Both the position numbers and the translations under genes were made by a program. From the NCBI GenBank assembly GCA_026770705.1, contig JANJGN010000010.1:40238001-40302000 (forward strand): a DNA stretch of 64,000 bases. The letters run 5' to 3'. Origin of the DNA: Isurus oxyrinchus. Lineage: Eukaryota. Below the pieces are notes generated by a model that saw only the letters and a program-made list of their open reading frames with translations, was not told the origin of the DNA and did not search any database. The number at the start of each line of letters is the position of its first letter. Within the stretch, counting starts at the first letter, position 1. This document shows positions 14,129-28,339 of the stretch, in pieces.

Positions 14129-15810
14129 CTACATGAACAAAAATATACATGCCATTGTAAACTCATTGCATACTGGATCTGAAACTAAACTGATAATGCA
14201 TTTGAATAATCATAAAAGAATACCTGTGCTTTTAGTAAAGCTTAATTTTCCTTCACCTCAGGACAGATATTATTATTTCTCAGCTAAGTGCTGCATGAGG
14301 GACCTTCAGAATAATGCAAAATTTCATCTCACAGTGAATAATAGTTCCTTGTATGCTTCCCTCCCTTTCCTCAATATACATCAATCAATTAGCTTCAAGT
14401 ATTATTGGTAAAATTGTACAACGTAGTTTCACATGCGGCCCAGGAACCTACTAGCAACATATCTTTTTGGGGTTAAATCATTGTACAAAGAATGTACTTC
14501 AATGTAACGATACATCAGTGAAGTTCTACGCTGAAAAATGGATCTATTCCTGAATTCTACATTTTGATCATGCTATCAAATATTATGACAAATGTGTGAA
14601 TTCATCATTTCATCCAAAATGAGTTAGGTTTCAGACAAGATATCAGCTCAAGTCCTGGACTGGAACATCAACATATTTCCCACAGACTGACAGACCAGGT
14701 TTCTGAATAATGGAGTTATTACTTCGATGAATATGACAAGGCATTTTGTGCTTTTGATGCTTCAGTGAAAAACAATTCATATTTTCTCCATTTCAAAGAG
14801 TACATAAGCCATTTCGTTACAACTATTGCCTCCACCATCCATTGCAATCCCTTAGTATATTTACTTTCTCAGTACTTCCACTAGCATGCCTTATTTCTGC
14901 TGACTTCTCTACATCCCTTCTTTATTATGTGTTCTCTGTCCTTAACATAACATCAAGCAAAAAATGATATCTCAACTGGATTATTTTTAATCCTTTCTGA
15001 GAAAGGAACCTCCACCCAATTAGACAAGCTGAATTTTTGCTCCTCAAGTCCAGTATTGATGATGTGACAGAAGGAAAACAAAAAAGTGAATGCTAACTTT
15101 GTCTAAATAGACATGTCCTGATCTGTTTCAAAGGATAGGGAATCTCCATTTGCACTAATGGGGCAGACATTCCGTTGCTCCAATTCTGCATGAGTGATAT
15201 CCACCTGGAGTTCGGCCAAGAACCTTCCTGTGGCAACTGATCACTCAGAGCATGATAGAGGGAGCCAAGAAAGCGTCCAAACAACAAGATTGTTCTGTTC
15301 ACCTTTGCTTCTCATTTTGTTTAGTGTGTCAATCTCAAAAAAAACTGTTGGCCAACATCATCACTGAGCTAGGCCTACATCATCAATGAGATTTTGCTAA
15401 CTGGAGCATTCTCCTACATTCTCCATCATCAATAAATTGTATTTCTATTTATTTGGTTAAATACTGCTTCGTCAGTATTCGTCAGGGGAATCTTCCAAAT
15501 ACACAACCATTGGGATGTAGATCAGGAGAAGCAGCAGGTAGAGGGGCACACCAACACATGCAACTTCCTCTCTAAGACTTACAAAATCCGGACTTGGAAA
15601 TATTTGTCAATCCTTCATGGGCACTGGGTTGAAAACCAGAAACTGCCTCCCGATCAGCTCTGTGGAGGTACCTAGACCACACGGATTGCAGCAATTCCAG
15701 AACCAGCATTAGCATCATACCAAGGACAATTAATGATGCTAATAAATGTACGATCTGTCAAAACTACCCACATCCGATCAGCAAATAAATGAAAGCTTTG
15801 CGCAACTTAC

Positions 15811-15900
15811 TATTTTCTTCATTCTTTTCACTGTCGGTTCCCTGTTCTTCATTTTTACTGTTAGGATCACTTTTAGCATTTGTGGAGTTTCCCTGCAAAT
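15811..15900 (-). CDS. Repeat exon, short type 90 nt
   Basis: Same splice sites; open. Confidence 0.68.
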
Positions 15901-17558
15901 CTACATGAACAAAAATATACATGCCATTGTAAACTCATTGCATACAGGCGCTGAAACTACACTGGTAATGCAGTTCAATAATCATAAAAGAATACCTATG
16001 TATTTAGTTAAGCTTAATGTGCCTTCATCTCAGGACAGATATTATTATTTCTCAGCTAAGTGCTGCATGAGGAGCCTTCAGAATAATGCAAAATTTCATC
16101 TCGCAGTGAATAATAGTGCGTTGTAGGCTTCCCACCCTTTCCTCAATATACATCAATCAATTTGCTTCAAATATTATTGGTAAAATTGTACAACGTAGAT
16201 TCACATGCCAGTGACATATCTTTTTGGGTTCAAATCATTGTACCAAGAACGTACTTTAATGTAACGATACATCAATGAAGTTCTACGCTGAGAAATGGAT
16301 CTATTTCTGAATTCTCTATTTTGATCATTTTATCAAATATTATGACCAGTGTGAGAATTCAGCATTCCATCCAAAATGAGTTAGTTTTCAGACAAGATAT
16401 CTCCTCAAGTCCTGGACTGGAACATCAACACATATCCCCCTGACTGACAGAACAGGTTTCTGAATAATGGAGCTAATACTTCCTGGAATATGAGAAGGCA
16501 CTTTGTGCTTTTGATTCTTTAGTGAAAAACAATTCATATTTTCTCCATTTCAAGGAATACATCAGCCATTTCATTACAACTATAGCCTCCACCATCCATT
16601 GCAATCCCTTAGTATATTTACTTTCTCAGTACTTCCACTAGCATGCCTTATTTCTGATGACTTCTCTACATCCCTTCTTTATTATGTGTTCTCTGTCCTT
16701 AACATTACATCAAGCAAAAGAAAGATATCTCAACTGGAGTATTTTCAATCCTTTCTGAGAAAGGAAACTCCACCCAATTAGACAAGCTGAATTTTTGCTC
16801 CTCAAGTCCAGTATTGATAATGTGACAGAAGGAAAACAGAAAAGTGAATGCTAACTTTGTCTAAATAGACAAGTCCTGATCTGTTTCAAAGGATAGGGAA
16901 TCTCCATTTGCACTAATGGGGCAGACGTTCCGTTGCTCCAATTCTGCATGAGTGATATCCACCTGGAGCTCGGCCAAGAACCTTCCTGTGGCACCTGATC
17001 ACTCAGAGCATGATAGAGGGAGCCAAGAAAGCGTCCAAACAACAAGATTGTTCTGTTCACCTTTGCTTCTCATTTTGTTTAGTGTGTCAATCTCAAAAAA
17101 AACTGTTGGCCAACATCATCACTGAGCTAGGCCTACATCATCAATGAGATTTTGCTAACTGGAGCATTCTCCTACATTCCCCATCATCAATAAATTGTAT
17201 TTCTATTTATTTGGTTAAATACTGCTTCGTCAGGGGAATCTTCCAAATACACAACCATTGGGATGGAGATCAGGAGAAGCAGCAGGTAGAGGGGCACACC
17301 AACACATGCAACTTCCTCTCTAAGACTTACAAAATCCGGACTTGGAAATATGTGTCAATCCGTCATGGGCACTGGGTTGAAAACCAGAAACTGCCTCCCG
17401 ATCAGCTCTGTGGATGTACCTAGACCACACGGATTGCAGCAATTCCAGAACCAGCATTAGCATCATACCAAGGACAATTAATGATGCTAATAAATGTACG
17501 ATCTGTCAAAATTATCCACATCCCATCGGCAAATGAATGAAAGCTTTGCGCAACTTAC

Positions 17559-17648
17559 TATTTTCTTCATTCTTTACACCGTCGGTTCCCTGTTCTTCAT
17601 TTTTACTGTTAGGATCACTTTTAGCATTTGTAGAGTTTCCCTGCAAAT
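17559..17648 (-). CDS. Repeat exon, short type 90 nt
   Basis: Same splice sites; open. Confidence 0.68.
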
Positions 17649-19305
17649 CTACATGAACAAAAATATACATGCCATTGTAAACTCATTGCATACAGGCGCT
17701 GAAAATACATTGGTAATGCAGTTCAATAATCATAAAAGAATACCTATGTATTTAGTTAAGCTTAATGTGCCTTCTTCTCAGGACAGATATTATTATTTCT
17801 CAGCTAAGTGCTGCATGAGGGTCCTTCAGAATAATGCAAAATTTCATCTCGCAGTGAATAATAGTGCCTTGTAGGCTTCCCTCCTTTTCCTCAATATACA
17901 TCAATCAATTAGCTTCAAATATTATTAGTAAAATTGTACAACATAGATTCACATGCGAGCGACATATCTTTTTGGGTTCAATCATTGTACCAAGAACGTA
18001 CTTCAATGTAACGATACATCAATGAAGTTCTACGCTATAAAATGGATCTATTTCTGAATTCTCTATTTTGATCATTTTATGAAATATTATGACCAGTGTG
18101 AGAATTCAGCATTCCATCCAAAATGAGTTAGTTTTCAGACAAGATATCTGCTCAAGTCCTGGACTGGAACATCAACACATATCCCCCTGACTGACAGAAC
18201 AGGTTTCTGAATAATGGAGCTAATACTTCCTGGAATATGAGAAGGCACTTTGTGCTTTTGATTCTTTAGTGAAAAACAATTCATATTTTCTCCATTTCAA
18301 AGAATACATCAGCCATTTCATTACAACTATAGCCACCACCATCCATTGCAATCCCTTAGTATATTTACCAACTCAGTACTTCCACTAACATGCCTTATTT
18401 CTGCTGACTTCTCTACATCCCTTCTTTATTATGTGTTCTCTGTCCTTAACATAACATCAAGCAAAAGAAAGATATCTCAACTGGAGTATTTTCAATCCTT
18501 TCTGAGAAAGGAACCTCCACCCAATTAGGCAAGCTGAATTTTTGCTCCACAAGTCCAGTATTGATAATGTGACAGAAGGAAAACAGAAAAGTGAATGCTA
18601 ACTTTGTCTAAATAGACAAGTCCTGATCTGTTCCAAAGGATAGGGAATCTCCATTTGCACTAATGGGGCAGACATTCCGTTGCTCCAATTCTGCATGAGT
18701 GATATCCACCTAGAGCTCGGCCAAGAACCTTCCTGTGGCACCTGATCACTCAGAGCATGATAGAGGGAGCCAAGAAAGCGTCCAAACAACAAGATTGTTC
18801 TGTTCACCTTTGCTTCTCATTCTGTTTAGTGTGTCAATCTTAAAAAAAACTGTTGGCCTACATCATCACTGAGCTAGGCCAACATCATCAATGAGATTTT
18901 GCTAACTGGAGCATTCTCCTACATTCCACATCATCAATAAATTTCATTTCTTTTTACTTGGTTAAATACTGCTTCATCAGGGGAATCGTCCAAATACACA
19001 ACCATTGGGATCTAGATCAGGAGAAGCAGCAGGTAGAGGGGCACACAAACACATGCAACTTCCTCTCTAAGACTTACAAAATCCGGACTTGGAAATATGT
19101 GTCAATCCTTCATGGGCACTGGGTTGAAAACCAGAAACTGCCTCCCGATCAGTTCTGTGGATGTACCTACACCACACGGATTGCAGCAATTCCAGAACCA
19201 GCATTAGCATCATACCAAGGACAATTAATGATGCTAATAAATGTACGATCTGTCAAAATTACCCACATCCCATCGGCAAATAAATGAAAGCTTTGCGCAA
19301 CTTAC

Positions 19306-19425
19306 CATTTTCTTCATTGTTTACACCGTCCATTCCCTGTTCACGGTTTGCTGGTTTGTCATTATGAACCTCCACCATTTCAGTCGTAGGTTCACTTTTA
19401 TCATTTGAAGAGTTTCCCTTCGAAT
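19306..19425 (-). CDS. Repeat exon, long type 120 nt
   Basis: Same splice sites; open. Confidence 0.68.
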
Positions 19426-21096
19426 CTACATGAACAAAAATATACATGCCATTGTAAACTCATTGCATACTGGATCTGAAACTAAACTGATAATGCATTT
19501 GAATAATCATAAAAGAATACCTGTGCTTTTAGTAAAGCTTAATTTTCCTTCACCTCAGGACAGATATTATTATTTCTCAGCTAAGTGCTGCATGAGGGAC
19601 CTTCAGAATAATGCAAAATTTCATCTCACAGTGAATAATAGTTCCTTGTATGCTTCCCTCCCTTTCCTCAATATACATCAATCAATTAGCTTCAAGTATT
19701 ATTGGTAAAATTGTACAACGTAGTTTCACATGCGGCCCAGGAACCTACTAGCAACATATCTTTTTGGGGTTAAATCATTGTACAAAGAATGTACTTCAAT
19801 GTAACGATACATCAGTGAAGTTCTACGCTGAAAAATGGATCTATTCCTGAATTCTACATTTTGATCATGCTATCAAATATTATGACAAATGTGTGAATTC
19901 ATCATTTCATCCAAAATGAGTTAGGTTTCAGACAAGATATCAGCTCAAGTCCTGGACTGGAACATCAACATATTTCCCACAGACTGACAGACCAGGTTTC
20001 TGAATAATGGAGTTATTACTTCGATGAATATGACAAGGCATTTTGTGCTTTTGATGCTTCAGTGAAAAACAATTCATATTTTCTCCATTTCAAAGAGTAC
20101 ATAAGCCATTTCGTTACAACTATTGCCTCCACCATCCATTGCAATCCCTTAGTATATTTACTTTCTCAGTACTTCCACTAGCATGCCTTATTTCTGCTGA
20201 CTTCCCAACATCCCTTCTTTATTATGTGTTCTCTGTCCTTAACATAACATCAAGCGAAAGAATGATAACTCAACTGGAGTATTTTCAATCCTTTCTGAGA
20301 AAGGAACCTCCACCCAATTAGACAAGCTGAATTTTTGCTCCTCAAGTCCAGTATTGATGATGTGACAGAAGGAAAACAGAAAAGTGAATGCTAACTTTGT
20401 CTAAATAGACAAGTCCTGATCTGTTCCAAAGGATAGGGAATTCCATTTGCACTAATGGGGCAGACATTCCGTTGCTCCAATTCTGCATGAGTGATATCCA
20501 CCTAGAGCTCGGCCATGAACGTTCCTGTGGCACCTGATCACTCAGAGCATGATAGAGGGAGCCAAGAAAGCGTCCAAACAACAAGATTGTTCTGTTCACC
20601 TTTGCTTCTCATTTTGTTTAGTGTGTCAATCTTAAAAAAAACTGTTGGCCTACATCATCACTGAGCTCGGCCTACATCATCAATGAGATTTTGCTAACTG
20701 GAGCATTCTCCTACATTCCCCATCATCAATAAATTGTATTTCTTTTTATTTGGTTAAATAATGCTTCGTCAGGGGAATCTTCCAAATACACAAACATTGT
20801 GATGTAGATCAGAGAAGCAGCAGGTAGAGGGGCACACCAACACATGCAACTTCCTCTCCAAGACTTACAAAATCCGGACTTGGAAATATATGTCAATCCA
20901 TCATGGGCACTGGGTTGAAAACCAGAAACTGCCTCCCGATCAGCTCTGTGGATGTACCTAGACCACACGGATTGCAGCAATTCCAGAACCAGCATTAGCA
21001 TCATACCAAGGACAATTAATGATGCTAATAAATGTACGATCTGTCAAAATTATCCACATCCCATCGGCAAATAAATGAAAGCTTTGCGCAACTTAC

Positions 21097-21186
21097 TATT
21101 TTCTTCATTCTTTACACCGTCGGTTCCCTGTTCTTCATTTTTACTGTTAGGATCACTTTTAGCATTTGTAGAGTTTCCCTGCAAAT
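21097..21186 (-). CDS. Repeat exon, short type 90 nt (xLQGNSTNAKSDPNSKNEEQGTDGVKNEEN)
   Basis: Acceptor tttttgttcatgtag, donor A|gtaagt; phase 1-1; open. Confidence 0.68.
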
Positions 21187-22843
21187 CTACATGAACAAAA
21201 ATATACATGCCATTGTAAACTCATTGCATACAGGCGCTGAAAATACACTGGTAATGCAGTTCAATAATCATAAAAGAATACCTATGTATTTAGTTAAGCT
21301 TAATGTGCCTTCTTCTCAGGACAGATATTATTATTTCTCAGCTAAGTGCTGCATGAGGGTCCTTCAGAATAATGCAAAATTTCATCTCGCAGTGAATAAT
21401 AGTGCCTTGTAGGCTTCCCTCCTTTTCCTCAATATACATCAATCAATTAGCTTCAAATATTATTAGTAAAATTGTACAACATAGATTCACATGCGAGCGA
21501 CATATCTTTTTGGGTTCAATCATTGTACCAAGAACGTACTTCAATGTAACGATACATCAATGAAGTTCTACGCTATAAAATGGATCTATTTCTGAATTCT
21601 CTATTTTGATCATTTTATGAAATATTATGACCAGTGTGAGAATTCAGCATTCCATCCAAAATGAGTTAGTTTTCAGACAAGATATCTGCTCAAGTCCTGG
21701 ACTGGAACATCAACACATATCCCCCTGACTGACAGAACAGGTTTCTGAATAATGGAGCTAATACTTCCTGGAATATGAGAAGGCACTTTGTGCTTTTGAT
21801 TCTTTAGTGAAAAACAATTCATATTTTCTCCATTTCAAAGAATACATCAGCCATTTCATTACAACTATAGCCACCACCATCCATTGCAATCCCTTAGTAT
21901 ATTTACCAACTCAGTACTTCCACTAACATGCCTTATTTCTGCTGACTTCTCTACATCCCTTCTTTATTATGTGTTCTCTGTCCTTAACATAACATCAAGC
22001 AAAAGAAAGATATCTCAACTGGAGTATTTTCAATCCTTTCTGAGAAAGGAACCTCCACCCAATTAGGCAAGCTGAATTTTTGCTCCACAAGTCCAGTATT
22101 GATAATGTGACAGAAGGAAAACAGAAAAGTGAATGCTAACTTTGTCTAAATAGACAAGTCCTGATCTGTTCCAAAGGATAGGGAATCTCCATTTGCACTA
22201 ATGGGGCAGACATTCCGTTGCTCCAATTCTGCATGAGTGATATCCACCTAGAGCTCGGCCAAGAACCTTCCTGTGGCACCTGATCACTCAGAGCATGATA
22301 GAGGGAGCCAAGAAAGCGTCCAAACAACAAGATTGTTCTGTTCACCTTTGCTTCTCATTCTGTTTAGTGTGTCAATCTTAAAAAAAACTGTTGGCCTACA
22401 TCATCACTGAGCTGGGCCAACATCATCAATGAGATTTTGCTAACTGGAGCATTCTCCTACATTCCACATCATCAATAAATTTCATTTCTTTTTATTTGGT
22501 TAAATACTGCTTCATCAGGGGAATCGTCCAAATACACAACCATTGGGATCTAGATCAGGAGAAGCAGCAGGTAGAGGGGCACACAAACACATGCAACTTC
22601 CTCTCTAAGACTTACAAAATCCGGACTTGGAAATATGTGTCAATCCTTCATGGGCACTGGGTTGAAAACCAGAAACTGCCTCCCGATCAGTTCTGTGGAT
22701 GTACCTACACCACACGGATTGCAGCAATTCCAGAACCAGCATTAGCATCATACCAAGGACAATTAATGATGCTAATAAATGTACGATCTGTCAAAATTAC
22801 CCACATCCCATCGGCAAATAAATGAAAGCTTTGCGCAACTTAC

Positions 22844-22963
22844 CATTTTCTTCATTGTTTACACCGTCCATTCCCTGTTCACGGTTTGCTGGTTTGTCAT
22901 TATGAACCTCCACCATTTCAGTCGTAGGTTCACTTTTATCATTTGAAGAGTTTCCCTTCGAAT
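22844..22963 (-). CDS. Repeat exon, long type 120 nt
   Basis: Same splice sites as the 24635 exon; open. Confidence 0.68.
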
Positions 22964-24634
22964 CTACATGAACAAAAATATACATGCCATTGTAAACTCA
23001 TTGCATACTGGATCTGAAACTAAACTGATAATGCATTTGAATAATCATAAAAGAATACCTGTGCTTTTAGTAAAGCTTAATTTTCCTTCACCTCAGGACA
23101 GATATTATTATTTCTCAGCTAAGTGCTGCATGAGGGACCTTCAGTATAATGCAAAATTTCATCTCACAGTGAATAATAGTTCCTTGTATGCTTCCCTCCC
23201 TTTCCTCAATATACATCAATCAATTAGCTTCAAGTATTATTGGTAAAATTGTACAACGTAGTTTCACATGCGGCCCAGGAACCTACTAGCAACATATCTT
23301 TTTGGGGTTAAATCATTGTACAAAGAATGTACTTCAATGTAACGATACATCAGTGAAGTTCTACGCTGAAAAATGGATCTATTCCTGAATTCTACATTTT
23401 GATCATGCTATCAAATATTATGACAAATGTGTGAATTCATCATTTCATCCAAAATGAGTTAGGTTTCAGACAAGATATCAGCTCAAGTCCTGGACTGGAA
23501 CATCAACATATTTCCCACAGACTGACAGACCAGGTTTCTGAATAATGGAGTTATTACTTCGATGAATATGACAAGGCATTTTGTGCTTTTGATGCTTCAG
23601 TGAAAAACAATTCATATTTTCTCCATTTCAAAGAGTACATAAGCCATTTCGTTACAACTATTGCCTCCACCATCCATTGCAATCCCTTAGTATATTTACT
23701 TTCTCAGTACTTCCACTAGCATGCCTTATTTCTGCTGACTTCTCTACATCCCTTCTTTATTATGTGTTCTCTGTCCTTAACATAACATCAAGCAAAAAAT
23801 GATATCTCAACTGGATTATTTTCAATCCTTCTGAGAAAGGAACCTCCACCCAATTAGACAAGCTGTATTTTTGCTCCTCAAGTCCAGTACTGATAATGTG
23901 ACAGAAGGAAAACAGCAAATTGAATGCTAACTTTGTCTACATAGACAAGTTCCGATCAGTTCCAAAGGACATGGAATCTCCATTTGCACTAATGTGGCAG
24001 TCCTTCAGTTGCTGCAATTCTGCATGAGTGATATCCACCTAGAGCTTGGCCAAGAACCTTCCAGTGGCACTAGCTCACTCAGAGCATGGTAGAGGGAGCC
24101 AATAAAGGGTCCAAACAACAAGATTGTTCTGTTCACCTTTGCTTCTCATTTTGTTTAGTGTGTCAATCTTAAAAAAAACTGTTGGCCTACATCATCACTG
24201 AGCTAGGCCTACATCATCAATGAGATTTTGCTAACTGGAACATTCTCCTACAGTCCACATCAAGAATAAATTGTATTTCTTTTTATTTGGTTAAATACTG
24301 CTTCCTCAAGGGAATCTTCCAAATTCACAACCATTGGGATCTAGATAAGGAGGGGCAGCAGGTAGAGGGGCACACCAAAACAATCAACTACCTCTCTAAG
24401 ACTTACAAAATCCGGACTTGGAAATATGTGTCAATCCTTCATGGGCACTGGGTTGAAAACCAGAAACTGCCTCCCGATCAGCTCTGTGGATGTAGCTAAA
24501 CCACACGGATTGCAGCAATTCCAGAACCAGCATTAGCAGCATACCAAGGACAATTAATGATGCTAATAAATGTACGATCTGTCAAAATTACCCACATCCC
24601 ATCGGCAAATAAATGAAAGCTTTGCGCAACTTAC

Positions 24635-24754
24635 CATTTTCTTCATTGTTTACACCGTCCGTTCCCTGTTCACGGTTTGCTGGATTGTCATTATGAACCT
24701 CTACCATTTTATTCGTAGGTTCACTTTTATCAATTGAAGAGTTTCCCTTCGAAT
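24635..24754 (-). CDS. Repeat exon, long type 120 nt (DSKGNSSIDKSEPTNKMVEVHNDNPANREQGTDGVNNEEN)
   Basis: Acceptor tttttgttcatgtag, donor G|gtaagt; phase 1-1; open. Confidence 0.68.
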
Positions 24755-26403
24755 CTACATGAACAAAAATATACATGCCATTGTAAACTCATTGCAAACA
24801 GGATCTGAAACTACACTGACAATGCATTTGAATAATCATAAAAGAATACCTGTGCATTTAGTTAAGCTTAATGTGCCTTCACCTCAGGACATATTATTAT
24901 TTCTCAGCTAAGTGCTGCATGAGGGGCCTTCAGAATAATGCAAAATCTCATCTCACAGTGAATAATAGTTCCTTGTAGGCTACCCTCCCTTTCCTGAATA
25001 TACATCAAACAATTAGATTCACATATTATTGGTAAAATTGTATAACGTAGATTCACATGCTAGCAACATATCTTTTTGGGTTCAAATCATTGTACCAAGA
25101 ACGTACTTCAATGTAACAATACATCAATGAAGTTCTACGCTGAAAAATGGATCTATTTCTGAATTCTCTATTTTGATCATTTTATCAAATATTATGACCA
25201 GTGTGAGAATTCAGCATTCCATCCAAAATGAGTTAGTTTTCAGACAAGATATCTGCTCAAGTCCTGGACTGGAACATCAACACATATCCCCCTGACTGAC
25301 AGAACAGGTTTCTGAATAATGGAGCTAATACTTCCTGGAATATGAGAAGGCACTTTGTGCTTTTGATTCTTTAGTGAAAAACAATTCATATTTTCTCCAT
25401 TTCAAAGAATACATCAGCCATTTCATTACAACTATAGCCTCCCCCATCCATTGCAATCCCTTAGTATATTTACCAACTCAGTACTTCCACTAGCATGCCT
25501 TATTTCTGCTGACTTCTCTACATCCCTTCTTTATTGTGAGTTCTCTGTCCTTAACATAACATCAAGCAAAAGAAAGATATCTCAACTGGAGTATTTTCAA
25601 TCCTTTCTGAGAAAGGAACCTCCACCCAATTAGACAAGCTGAATTTTTGCTCCTCAAGTCCAGTATTGATGATGTGACAGAAGGAAAACGGAAAAGTGAA
25701 TGCTAACTTTGTCTAAATAGACAAGTCCTGATCTGTTCCAAAGGATAGGGAATCTCCATTTGCACTAATGGGGCAGACATTCCATTACTCCAATTCTGCA
25801 TGAGTGATATCCACCTAGAGCTCGGCCAAGAACCTTCCTGCGGCACCTGATCACTCAGAGCATGATAGAGGGAGCCAAGAAAGCGTCCAAACAACAAGAT
25901 TGTTCTGTTCACCTTTGCTTCTCATTTTGTTTAGTGTGTCAATCTTATAAAAAACAGCTGGACTACATCATCACTGAGCTAGGCCTACATCATCAATGAG
26001 ATTTTGCTAACTGTAACATTCTCTTACATTTCACATCATCAATAAATTGTATTTCTTTTTATTTGGTTAAATACTGTTTCCTCAAGGGAATCTTCCAAAT
26101 ACACAACCATTGGGATCTAGATCAGGAGAAGCAGCAGGTAGAGGGGCACACCAACACATGCAACTTCCTCTCCAAGACTTACAAAATCCAGACTTGGAAA
26201 TATGTGTCAATCCTTCATGGGCACTGGGTTGAAAACCAGAAACTGCCTCCCGATCAGCTCTGTGGATGTACTTAAACCACACGGATTGCAGCGATTCCAG
26301 AACCAGCATTACCAACATACAATTAATGATTCTAATAAATGTACGATCTGTCAAAATTACCCACATCCCATCGGCAAATAAATGAAAGCTATGCGCAATT
26401 TAC

Positions 26404-26523
26404 CATTTTCTTCATTGTTCACACCGTCCGTTCCCTGTTCACGGTTTTCTGGATTGTCATTATGAACCTCTACCATTTTAGTCATAGGATCTCTTTTATC
26501 ATTTGAAGAGTTTCCTTGTGAAT
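26404..26523 (-). CDS. Repeat exon, long type 120 nt (DSQGNSSNDKRDPMTKMVEVHNDNPENREQGTDGVNNEEN)
   Basis: Acceptor ttcgttcaagtag, donor G|gtaaat; phase 1-1; open. Confidence 0.62.
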
Positions 26524-26561
26524 CTACTTGAACGAAAATATACATGCCATTGTATACTCAT

Positions 26562-28300
26562 GGGCCTGAATTTTCATTGGCCGGGGAGCAGATCAGGAGC
26601 GTGCGGAGGCGGGGACGGGTGCTGCCATTTTACGCGGATGTGTAAATTAAGGCCCGCCTAGTGTATTTCTCGACTCTTCACCCATTCTAGGCTGCTCACA
26701 ATGGCAAGTGCAACGCCATAGCCATGGTGAGTGGGCCAGTCCGGAGGGTAGGCCAGTAGAGCAGGCCAGGCTGGAGGCTATGGTGGGGGGCCAGTTTGTC
26801 TCTGTTTTTTGGATGGCTGCCTTGCTGCCCTCCTCGATGAGGTGGCAGCACGGTGGGAAGTGCTGGTCACCCAGGATGGGAGGAGGAGGCCCTTCCACAT
26901 TACAAAACTTGCCTGTGAGGATGTGACGGAGGTGGTGAGCTTCCGTGATGTGGTGCAGCACACCTGGATCCAGTGTCGCAAGCGCTTCAATGACTTGCTG
27001 CGCTCTGGCAGGGTGAGCATCATGTTGGCATCGGGCATTTAACCCAGTAGGTCGGCTTTCCCCCTGCTGCCACCACCCCCAAGTTTGAGTGTCGTGACTG
27101 AATGATTGAACGCATGTATCCTTTGCTGGGCGGGCAAGTAGATACTGCCCATGCTGAGGCCAGCGTGAGAGGGTGATGAGATGTGTTTTGCCCCCGCACA
27201 TGTGTTACACTGAGTCCTACATGATTAGTTTGGGGGCAACCTGGAGGAGCTGCACCTAGGCACTGTGTTAGAACTCCAGGACATGTCCAAGTCAGGGTGA
27301 TGACACGCTGGGAGGGGACCTTCAAGGTGGCGTGGCAACGAATCATCTGCTGCCCTCTGTGCTCCACATGCTGTGCCTCCTTGCTATGGAAGGATATACT
27401 GTGTGGTGCTTAATGTGATGTAGGCAGCATGTGTCCAACAGGGTGGTGGGGAGGTGTGGAGCAGGCTTAGCATCTTGGTGTGAGTGCTCGGCAGCAGTGG
27501 GGTGAGGAGGCACTGGAGCCCTCATGTGTCCCACTCTGGTTGGTGTGGGCCATGCATGAGCAGAGTCCATGTGCAATTTGCACAAATCAATACTTGTCTC
27601 TCATTTTCAGGAGAAGAATGCATAGACTGTGGCCGAGCATATGAGGACTAGCGGTGGCCAGGTGCAGATTGCCATTCTAAGCCGTTTCGAGCAGGAGGCC
27701 CTGGATCTGGAGAGGCACCATGCACCCAGGTCCACTGGTGTCAGTGAGGCTGGGGTGCCATCACCAGATATTTATGCCCAACAGTGAGGTCAGTATCGTC
27801 CTCCCAATGGCCATAACACTGCTGAATGTTACATGATTCAATTTTGCAACATGGCTTGACCATTGGCTTTGGAATGATGAGAGCATAATGATCCGGGGGA
27901 CAGGGAAGAACTTTGTCATTGTCTCCACACTACGTGATCCACTGTCCTTGTTCTTCCTTTCAGCATCATCGAAGCAGGGCCGGGAGGAGGAGCAACAGAG
28001 GCCTTTCAGCTTCATTGACAGGCTGCATGAATCCTCCCATTGCATCCCCCCACCCAGCAGCTGTTCAGCTGCATGCAGCTAGCCTACGAGAGATTCTGGA
28101 GGGAGAAGTGTGTGTGTGTGGCAGAGCCTTTCGGAGCCTCATGCAAGCACTCTCCAACATAAGCGGATCCTTTCCACACTCATTTCAATCTCCTGAGCAT
28201 TTCCAATGTTGCCTGCTGGGGTTCATTTTCAGTTAACCATCTGAGCTGACCTGTATCTCTGCCTGCCCAGTGATCACACTCCCATACAGCACCTGATCAC
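26562..28300 (+). mobile_element. PIF/Harbinger-like DNA transposon remnant with a Myb/SANT-like ORF fragment
   Basis: Starts with TIR-like GGGCCTGAATTTT. ORF 26809-27042 (EDVTEVVSFRDVVQHTWIQCRKRFNDLLRSGR) resembles the Harbinger Myb/SANT-like DNA-binding protein. Right end approximate. Confidence 0.7.
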
Positions 28301-28339
28301 ACCCACCACGACTTTCATTTCACTTATATTAGGCAGCGT

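Larger units (their letters stand above)
1..26561. repeat. Tandem array of ~1747-1802-bp units (about 15.2 copies in the window, continuing off the left edge)
   Basis: Motif atgtacgatctgtcaaa recurs at about 1645, 3393, 5152, 6900, 8647, 10449, 12197, 13944, 15746, 17494, 19241, 21032, 22779, 24570 and 26339. Confidence 0.98.

Noticed and set aside
1-26561. CRISPR-like, rDNA, 5S or snRNA array
   Set aside because: Eukaryotic context, kilobase units with no unique spacers, and no recognisable structural RNA gene in the unit
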